A stretch of DNA of 28,733 nt, taken from contig NW_021833531.1 of the NCBI RefSeq assembly GCF_006345805.1, positions 1 to 28,733 on the forward strand. Reading direction: 5' to 3'. The notes under the pieces were generated by a model, which was given only the letters and a program-made list of their open reading frames with translations, searched no databases and was not told the DNA's origin. This stretch comes from Octopus sinensis. Taxonomy: Eukaryota. Positions 20,285 through 28,733 of this stretch are shown in pieces; within the stretch, counting starts at the first letter, position 1, and the number at the start of each line of letters is the position of its first letter. A program made the position numbers and the translations under genes.

Positions 20285-20512
20285 TCATCATCATCATCAT
20301 CATCGTTTAGCGTCCACTTTCCATGCTGGCATGGGTTGGAAGGTGCAACTGGGGTCTGGGAAGCCAGAAGGCTGCACCAGGCCCAGTCTGATCTGGCAAT
20401 GTTTCTACGGCTGGATGCCCTTCCTAAAGCCAACCACTCCATGAGTGTAGTGGGTGCTTTTTACGTGCCACCTGCACAGGTGCCAGACAAGTCTGGCAAA
20501 CGGCCACGGTCG
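20285..20512 (-). mobile_element. Young RTE 3' tail, tail-to-tail with the previous copy
   Basis: (cat)n-cgtttagcgtccactttccatgctggcatgggttgg...gtgctttttacgtgccacc. Confidence 0.9.
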
Positions 20513-20674
20513 TTGTATATTTTTTATTATAAATCTAATCAAACCTACCTTTAATGATAGGATATTCAATGTCTTACTCTGGATTAAATCTTACGGCACA
20601 ATAGTTTAGGAAATGAGGGAGACCAAGTTATTCTGAAACTTGTTAATTTCAACTTAATCTTGCTAATCTATCAG

Positions 20675-20717
20675 AAAAGAAAATAACATCTATGGAGATA
20701 GAATTGCTTAGACACAG
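20675..20717 (+). other. Candidate 43-nt host-gene exon
   Basis: Branch-like gctaat, then ctatcAG acceptor, and consensus donor CAG|GTGAGT. One frame is open (xKKITSMEIELLRHx). No recognisable protein and no transcript evidence. Confidence 0.35.
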
Positions 20718-20968
20718 GTGAGTAATTTGCATATTAATGATTTTAATTACCTGTGCTGTTTCACTGATAACACTGGACAACAATTTTAAAATATTTTTTT
20801 CTTTTGCCTGAGATTTTTTTTACTGATTGTAACTGTCCTTTTTGTGCTAATTTCAAGTCTGTAATCAGTTTTGCTCTCTCCTTGCTCTAGTTTTCTTGCA
20901 AATTGAAGATTAACTTTCTATACATTTATAGTTAAATTTGAAATATTGAGTTACGTATATCCTACTTA

Positions 20969-21272
20969 TGGAAGTGCAATGGCCTAGTGGTTAGGGCAGT
21001 GGACTCACGGTCGTAGGATCGCGGTTTCGATTCCCAGACCGGGCGTTGTGAGTGTTTATTGAGCGAAAACACCTAAAAGCTCCACGAGGCTCTGGCAGAG
21101 GGTGGTGGTGATCCCTGCTGTACTCTTTCACCACTCTTTCTCTCACTCTTTCTTCTGTTGGCCTGCTTGCTTAGCCAGCGGGGTGGCGTCATTCGAAGGC
21201 TAAAACAATGCGAACGCATTGTGACCAGCGATGTGTAACTACATCTGATGGACTGGTCGGTCACGTGATGAA
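20969..21272 (+). mobile_element. SINE group C (tail type 2), full length, 10-bp TSD, nested in the Chapaev-like leader
   Basis: Perfect direct repeat atcctactta at 20959-20968 and 21273-21282. The first about 185 nt are colinear with 15427; the tail (gccagcggggtggcgtcattcgaagg...cggtcacgtgat) is unrelated to tail type 1. Confidence 0.92.
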
Positions 21273-21317
21273 ATCCTACTTACAAAGAATTGACAATTGT
21301 GTTTTCCAGATCTAATC

Positions 21318-21744
21318 ATGGCTTCTTCAAGTAGACACAGACAGGTGAATAATCTTGATGGCTTCTGCCATGACCGTGGCTTCTTCATACTTATTCGTCA
21401 ATGGCGCAATATCACATTGTTTGTGAGACAGGCTTATGAAGCCTATTTTGGAATTCCTCAAGGCAACCAAGACAAAAAATGAGCCCCTTATTTTCTGTCA
21501 TAACTTTGAGGAAATGTTTCATAACTGGTCAAAAATAAAAATGAAAGGGTCTGCCTTTTGGACTTCTTGAGGTTTGGTGAGAGCCCAGTGACTGTTACTT
21601 TTGCATGGTCAACACAAAAGGCACTGACGAGAAAAATAGGCAAAAATATCTTATCACAAAATTCCTTCAGGAATTAGACCTATTATGCACTCTGGGACAC
21701 TCCCAGTTCCAATTTTCCTTGGGTTTACCTCAGCTGAAGACAAA
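21318..21744 (+). pseudogene. Frameshifted transposase N-terminal Cys-rich domain (Chapaev3-like)
   Basis: With about 3 frameshifts and 2 stops: MASSSRH...NNLDGFCHDRG...QWRNITLFVRQAYEAYFGIPQGNQDKK*APYF/CHNFEEMFHNWSK.KMKG/LPFGLLEVW*EPSDCYFCMVNTKG..KNRQK/ISYHKIPSGIRPIMHSGTLPVPIF. This matches the FCYICG...YFG..LGDQDK.WAPH.VC..C...W...LPFG.PMVWREP..H..DCYFC...YP.IPSAIRPVPH...LPVP motif series. The family name is from recall. Confidence 0.8.
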
Positions 21745-21994
21745 GCTAGTGAACAAGAGTATATCAATTATAATTAATACACACACACGCACACATGTAG
21801 ATATGTGTGTGTGTGTATATATGTGCATGTGTGTATGTGTGTATTAATGTTTGCTGTTATGCTGAATCACAATAAAAAATAATTTTATGTTAAACTGAAA
21901 GATTATTGAATACTTTTTGTAGAGTACATAACTATTATACTTTTGCAAGAATAGTATTGACAGTGACTTCAAAGTTTTGACCAGCTAAGCCATC

Positions 21995-22160
21995 ATCAGA
22001 TTGTGTGTGTGTGTTATATATATATATATATATATGTGTATATATATTACATTAAATTAGAGATAAAACCACTATTAGGCAAATGAAACAGTGAAAATCA
22101 TAAGCCAATACATAGAAATAAAATTAATGAAAAAATATAAATATAATATATGTATGTATG

Positions 22161-22198
<38 letters not shown>

Positions 22199-22222
22199 GA
22201 TATATATATATATAATATATAT

Positions 22223-22253
<31 letters not shown>

Positions 22254-22261
22254 CTATATAT

Positions 22262-22310
<49 letters not shown>
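21995..22310. repeat. (TA)n-rich tract with a 94-bp unique island (22047-22140)
   Basis: Directly visible. Confidence 0.9.
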
Positions 22311-22317
22311 CAGGCAC

Positions 22318-22458
22318 CTATCGGTTTCCTTTTGCCAAATCCACTCACAAAGCTTTGGCTGACCTGGATTTATAATAAAAAATACTTGCTCTGCTGAAAG
22401 TGCTACACTGTAGGACTGAACCCAAAAATGCGTAGTTGAGAAGCAGAGTTTTTAACCA
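22318..22458 (-). mobile_element. SINE group A, 5' half
   Basis: tttgccaaatccactcacaaagctttggctgacc...tacttgc...gactgaacccaaaa...tttaaccac. Confidence 0.72.
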
Positions 22459-22614
22459 CCCACACACACACACACCCAGGTCAGTATACATACAAACGTT
22501 CATGTGTGTGTGTGTGTGTGCGTGTGCACAGGTGTATGAGTGTATTCATTCATTTTTACATCTACCTTTAATGTAATTCTCTGGTAGACAAGGTTACAGA
22601 TTTTAATTACAGAT

Positions 22615-22795
22615 ACAATCTGACAAGCTTCTACACAGTCTCCATCTATCCAGTTTCACTCACAAGTCTTCTTGGTTCAATGACCTGCAGTTATGATAAA
22701 GATACTTGCTAAAGATAGTAAAGCTGCCAAGCAGTGAAATCAAACCTGAAACATCATAGATGCTATACAAACTTGCAAACCACTCAGTCAAGCTT
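22615..22795 (-). mobile_element. Old SINE group A, 5' half
   Basis: cttctacacagtctccatcta.ccagtttcactcacaag...aagatacttgc...gcagtgaaatcaaacctgaaac...aaccactcag. Confidence 0.55.
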
Positions 22796-22804
22796 GTATT
22801 TGAG

Positions 22805-22861
22805 TATGTGTGTGTGTTTATATATCTCTATCTATCTATCTATCTATCAATCTATCTATCA

Positions 22862-22951
<90 letters not shown>

Positions 22952-22990
22952 ACACACATACACCATACACATATGTATGTATATATTCTT
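22805..22990. repeat. (TG)-(TATC)n-(TA)n compound tract
   Basis: Directly visible. Confidence 0.93.
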
Positions 22991-23089
22991 CTTTATATTT
23001 TAATTTCTCAAAAATCACCTCTCTCAATATTATTCCCCTCCTCTTAGTTTAATGATCTTGTCCTGCAAATTAGTCGGTTACTTCACTAG

Positions 23090-23278
23090 TGATGGCTCTA
23101 TGTAATAAGCACCCAGTACACTCTGTAAAGTGGCTGAAGTTAGGAAGGGCATGCAGGTGTAGAAACCATGCTAAAAAGTAAGCATTGGCGCTTGGTACAG
23201 TCCTTTGGCTCACCTGTTCCTATTGGACCATCCTCCTATTTTCAGCAAGGAAAACAGATGTTAAATGATGATGATGAC
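23090..23278 (+). mobile_element. Old RTE 3' tail
   Basis: aagcacccagtacactctgtaaagtgg...ttaggaagggcatgcag.tgtagaaac...cagcaaggaaaacagatgttaaat(gat)n. Confidence 0.78.
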
Positions 23279-23311
23279 ACACACACACACACACACACAC
23301 ACATGGTTGTA

Positions 23312-23704
23312 TTCTTTTATTCTTTTACTTGTTTCAGTCATTTGACTGTGGCCATGCTGGAGCACCACCTTAAAGGGTTTTAGTTGAAGAAATCGACCTC
23401 CAGACATATGCTTTGTAAGCCTAGTACTTAATCTAGTTATGAGTCTCTTTTGCTGAACTGCTAAATTATGGGGACATAAACCCACCAGCATCGGATTTGT
23501 CAAGTGATGGTGGGAGGAAAAACACAGACACACATACACACACATATATATATATGCGACGGCTTCTTTCAGTTTCCGTCTACCAAATCCACTTACAAGG
23601 CTTTGGTCAGTCCAAGGCTATAGTAGGAGATACTTGCCCAAGGTACCACACAGTGGGACTGAACCTGGAACTATACAGCTGAGAAGAAAGCTTCTTACCA
23701 CACA
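23312..23704 (-). mobile_element. SINE group A, full length
   Basis: Colinear with 14761-15183. Confidence 0.9.
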
Positions 23705-24139
23705 TGTAAGTGTGCATAGTTTCACAATATTTTCAATGTTAAACATTGTTCTTCTTTCCAGTCTTCTCTCTATGTTTATCCAAAGATGCAATGTTATTCT
23801 TGGATTTTTCAGGATACATGGTAACCCTATTTGCTGAATGACTGAATTCACGGAGGCTGCTCTGTTTCGTTGTAGCATTTAATAAGATAGTTCATCTGGG
23901 ATACTAGCAAGGAATGTAACTGGATACCTTTTAAAACATCTCAAGGGAAACTCTCATTACAGTTTGGTAAACCCTTGTGGAGAAGCAGCTGAAGAACTGT
24001 GCAAGTCTAAATGCCAAACTGTTGCTACAGATGCTAGTAATTCCTGATGCTGGTAATTTAGGAAAATGAGTTAGGATCTAAAAGTACTTCCCGATCTCCC
24101 TACTTTATTTCTTTCCTTCCATGCTGCTATCTGGAATAA

Positions 24140-24456
24140 GTTTGCAAGAAACTTCTGCATCCATACACAAACACACATACACGCATGCACACATGCACAC
24201 ATACACAAACACACATTTTGGTATGTAAATATGTATGTATATAGTGAATATATACGATGCCCATACATTTATATATATATGATGCACATACATTTATAAA
24301 TATGTGTGTATATGTATATATGTATATATATGTGTGTATATATATATATAGATATAGATATATATAGATATAGATAGATAGATAAACAGAGAAATAGATA
24401 TAGGTAAATATATGATGCCATATACTATGTATGTGTGCATACATACATGTATACAT

Positions 24457-24502
<46 letters not shown>

Positions 24503-24680
24503 ATACATATATTCAGATTCATATATACATATAGATTTATATATGTGTGTATGTGTGTGTATATATATATATGCACACACACACAATGTATACATCACAT
24601 ATATTGTCATATATGTGATGTATTTATAATGTGTATGCATGTATATACTTTTGTTAGTTTGCATGTGTGTGTGTGTGTAT
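24140..24680. repeat. (CA)/(TA)/(TG)/(TAGA) low-complexity tract
   Basis: Directly visible. Confidence 0.92.
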
Positions 24681-25104
24681 GAAAGAAATCTATCTGTATA
24701 TTATAATCCAGGTGTTCATCTGTTACTATTTGCCTCAAATATTTTATTTATTTCTTTGCAAAAGATAACAGATATTAAAGGTAGACAGTGAAAGGAAGAA
24801 TAAGAGAAAAAGAAAGAGAAAGAGACAGAGAGAGAGAGGGGGAAGAGAAGGCTGTGAGACAGAGACAAAGAGAGGAAGAAAAGGAGGAGAGGAAAGAGAG
24901 AAAGATTACTGATGGGTGAAGATTCTAGTTTCTGAGATGTAATGATTTGCAAAAAGCTTTAATCAGCTGGGACACACTTGATTATGTCTTTAGTCAGCAA
25001 CTGTGGAAGAGAGAGAAAATATCTAGGTTGTTGGCTGAGAAGATTTCAATCAGTGAAATAATTTATGCCAATTTGTGGATACATAAAGTTAAGTATACCT
25101 GTTT

Positions 25105-25460
25105 AGGTGTATGCATATGTGTATGCACACATTCATGTAACTATGAACAAATGTGCACGCACGCACACACACACACACATATATATTTGTTACATTTGTT
25201 TGCACAGACTTAGATATGCACTTACATACACAGCATATATATATATATGTACTATGCAAATATATATATATAAACACAGAAATATTAATGCATATATGTA
25301 TATACCTATATATACATACACACATACATACATACATACATATACATATATATATATACACCACATGCTCATGTACATACACACATAAAACATATACATA
25401 TACATATATATATATATATATTATATTATATATATATATATATATATATAATTCATATAT
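25105..25460. repeat. (CA)/(TA) low-complexity tract
   Basis: Directly visible. Confidence 0.9.
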
Positions 25461-25589
25461 ACAAATGCAAGAACACAAAAATGGATAACTTATTAGAACA
25501 GGAAAGAAGTAATATTAAATGCAGACTTTTTTTAATCTTCTCTCCCCCTATGTGCTTCATTTCTGTCTTTCACTTATACATTTACTTAC

Positions 25590-25630
25590 TATTATTACCT
25601 ATATTACCATTATTACTACCATTATTATTA

Positions 25631-25665
<35 letters not shown>

Positions 25666-25684
25666 GTTATCATTATCATCATCA

Positions 25685-25751
<67 letters not shown>

Positions 25752-25752
25752 T
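25590..25752. repeat. (ATT)n/(ATC)n trinucleotide array
   Basis: Directly visible; gives the poly-L and poly-I ORFs. Confidence 0.96.
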
Positions 25753-26309
25753 CTGCTGCTATTTTTTTTTCATTTTTGGTCCATTTTTATTTTGTAGCAT
25801 TTCTGTCTGTTTTTATTAGCTTCTGGAAGAATGCTGAGCATTTCAAATTTAGCCTATACATTAGTTGAACAGAGAAAAAGCTATTTTCCAAAGAGCACAG
25901 AATATTTCTCTTCACTTCTCTCATTGTTACACTTTCATATATGTTTTGATAGCAAAGCTCTGAACATCAGAATTTTATTGTTTTCATATCTGAGAAAGAG
26001 AAGTTATTGCTTTGAGTATGAGAGATTTCATACAGACAACATTTGAATTTACTATATTTAGAAGATAAAAACCTAGCAGGAATATTATGGAGTGGGTTGC
26101 GGGAGAGAAAAAATCGTACATATAAAAAATAATTAGAAAAAGAGAGTAAAGTACAAAAAAAGTAAAATAAAATAGAATAAAATATGATATAATAGTAGAG
26201 AATGGAATAAAAGAAAAAGTGAGGAAAAAGAATCAGTTTAGAAAGCCTTATAGATTATTAGTCCAATCAAATGTCATAGATACCATTAGGAAAATAGAAC
26301 CAGGCAGGA

Positions 26310-27012
26310 GAGTGTATGTATATGTGTATATATGCATATATATATATATATGTGTGTGTACATGTGTGTGTATTTTTATTATATTATAATATACTATATC
26401 ATATTTTCTATCATATCATTATCTATATATCTATGTATAATATTATATATATTATATATAAAATATTATATACACACACAAAAACACACGTGTGTGTGTG
26501 TGTTTATACATATATACATAAGAAGATATAGAGAAACAGTGAGATGTTTAAGGTGAGACAGACAAGCTGACAGACAGGTAGACAGACAAACATACAGAGA
26601 CAGTTAGATAGATACACATATATATACAGACATACCTATATATATATATATAACATATATATATATATATATATAATATATATTATATATATATATATAT
26701 ATATAGACATATATATACATATATATATATATATTGTATATAGATTTGTATATATATATATATATATACATACATACATATATAACATATATAGTACACG
26801 TCCATTCAATCATGTTATATACATCATTTTGATACATCCAAAATATGAAGCTATTTCAGAGATAACACAATTTTATCAAAAAGAAACTAAGAGCAATAAT
26901 AATAATAATAATACTAACAACAACAACAACAACAACAACAATAGAAGCAGTAACATTTATAACAATATTAGCAATAATAATAATAATAATAATATAATAA
27001 TAATAATACAAT
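26310..27012. repeat. (TA)n-rich tract followed by (AAT)n/(AAC)n
   Basis: Directly visible. Confidence 0.9.
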
Positions 27013-27309
27013 AGGAAAAATTTTTATTTTATCTCTGAGAGTTTCAACTTCTGATAACTTGGTGCATCAAAAAGTTGCTTCTATTTATAACTTTCTGTGA
27101 ATGTGTTGGATTCAGATGTGGTTTGTGAGTTTTATTTCTCCTCTTTGGTAATCTTTGACATAGAGATTACTCTTTAAGAGATTCGGTTCCATTCATTCCA
27201 ATGATAAAAGAATGAATTCAAGTAATTTTCAAAAGTGATTTTCCTTTGTGAGAACTGCATTAAACTTTAAATTGGATTGCTTTCAGCTTTTAACAAGTAA
27301 CTTGAAGAA

Positions 27310-27399
27310 CACTATTACACTTGTTGTTGTTGTTGTTACTGATCACGACATTGCTGCTTCTGCTTAGTGTTATTGCTGCTGTTATTGCTGCTGTTGTTG

Positions 27400-27431
<32 letters not shown>

Positions 27432-28370
27432 GGTGGTGATGTTTTTGGTGTTTCAGTTATTTTTGTCATTCCTTTTGTTGCTGCCAATAGCCACCACCGC
27501 CACCACCACCACCACCACTACTATTATTACTACCACTACCATCACCACCACCACCACCACCACCATCACTACAATCACCCCCTCACCCCCTTGCCACCAT
27601 GATATTCCCCTGTACTCCCCTTCCTTTTTTTTATTGTCATCATTGTCATTATCTTCACTGCTGTTGTCATCATTGTCATCGTCATCACCATCATCATCAT
27701 TATCATCACCTTCATTATTAAGATTATTGTCATCATTAACATTCTCATTATCATTATTCTCATCATGGTCACCACCACCACCTCCACCACCACCACCACC
27801 ACACCACCACCACCACCTCCTCTGCCGTCATCACCATCATCTTTGTTGTTGCTATTATTAGTTGTATTATTGTTGTTATTGTCATTGTTGCTATAGGTGT
27901 AACAACAGTAGCAGTAGTAGCAGTAGTAGTAGTAGTAGTAGTAGTAGTAGTTGTTTGTTATTTATTTTTAATTCATTTTGGTACTTTAGTACTTTTTTTT
28001 AATAATAATTCTAATATAGTACAATAAAAAGAAGGAAATTTGTTCTCACGGAAAGCTTATTAAATTACCTCGACTGAAAAACATGGGTGATAGGATGATG
28101 ACGATGATGATGATGATGATGATGATGAATGATGATGATGATGATGATATGTGGGGGAAGTGTTGCAGGAGGATGACTATGGTGGTGGTGGTGGTGGTGC
28201 CAATAGATGTTAGAGATGACAATGGAGGCTGGGAAGAGGGGAGTGTTGATAAGACAGGTGGAGGTCAATGGATGGGTGATTGAAATTGTGGGTGAATGGA
28301 GGAGGTACTGTGGTTGTTGTGGTGGTGGTGGTGGTGGTGGTGGTGGTGATGGTTGTGTTGGTAGCAGCAG
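27310..28370. repeat. Mosaic of trinucleotide blocks: (GTT)/(GGT), (CAC)/(CAT), (GTA), (GAT)/(GGT)
   Basis: Directly visible. Confidence 0.92.
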
Positions 28371-28733
28371 TGTTGGTGATTCGAGTTATTGATTTGTAGT
28401 TAAAAATTATTGAATCCCTTAGTATTCAAGGTATGGCATGATTAAAAAAAAAAAAAAAGGAACTCATTCCAAAGATGGCCAAACTATTTCTGAAAAATTA
28501 ATTTTCATCTTGTTCATTATATTTATTTATTTTTAATCTTTTTTATGGTTGAAGATTATTTTTTTTTTGCATTTCTTTTTTTATTATCTCTTTTGCCATC
28601 ACTCTCCACTCCCTTCACTATCTTCACTGCCAACACAATTCTTTCAATGCTTAAAGTGAATGAAAGGAAGAAAGAAATGAAGAAGGCAAAGAAAGACAAG
28701 ATATCAAGAAAGGATTTTGTAAGGAGAACAAAT

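Larger units (their letters stand above)
20771..21744 (+). mobile_element. Left portion of a Chapaev3-like (CMC/EnSpm superfamily) DNA transposon
   Basis: Begins TAA|CACTGGACAACAA (CAC terminus preceded by TWA), followed by about 240 nt of leader (after removing the nested SINE) and the transposase N-terminus. No right TIR found. Confidence 0.6.

Noticed and set aside
20725-20732. Octamer ATTTGCAT as a POU site
   Set aside because: A single 8-mer in AT-rich DNA is expected by chance.
21583-21590. GCCCAGTG as the right TIR of the Chapaev-like element
   Set aside because: It is the coding sequence of the W(R)EP(S)D motif; transposase homology continues for about 150 nt beyond it and no TWA follows.
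23886-24047. 53-aa open frame DSSSGILARNVTGYLLKH...CKSKCQTVATDASNS* and nearby splice-like sites (e.g. an 8-nt GATACATG micro-exon)
   Set aside because: No start, weak acceptor, no recognisable homology, and competing equally weak signals on the minus strand.
27164-27221. Exon-like RLLFKRFGSIHS resembling an RRM helix-loop
   Set aside because: Similarity is limited to about 8 residues, the following beta-strand is absent, and no RNP1 or RNP2 exons were seen.

Overview
AT-rich eukaryotic non-coding DNA (large intron or intergenic), most likely from an octopus. The taxon is inferred from extreme microsatellite load plus tRNA-headed SINEs resembling the octopus OR1/OR2/OK-type families as I recall them; it is not database-verified. 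No intact protein-coding gene, RNA gene or CRISPR array is supported, and almost every listed ORF is a microsatellite artefact. The window is a layered transposon graveyard. (1) Three tRNA-headed SINE groups, called A, B and C here as working labels, with shuffled 3' tails. (2) A dead CR1-type LINE 3' fragment. (3) An RTE LINE 3' end plus many truncated (GAT)n-tailed copies and a probable RTE 5' UTR. (4) A LINE-like 3' UTR embedded in (TCTA)n that shares its last 42 nt with a SINE. (5) Two TTAA piggyBac-type MITEs, a hAT/Charlie-type MITE and an unclassified foldback element. (6) A frameshifted Chapaev3-like transposase. The best leads concern retroposon mechanism: a SINE/LINE shared tail, a covarying RTE 3' UTR hairpin, SINE head/tail swapping at a shared module, two insertions at the same SINE site, a hairpin-capped 97-bp insertion, a possible internally deleted RTE, and a tail-to-tail RTE pair that could form dsRNA. 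One short plus-strand exon candidate (20675-20717) has good splice signals but no recognisable product. All alignments were done by eye; boundaries of degenerate copies are approximate (about +/-10-20 nt).
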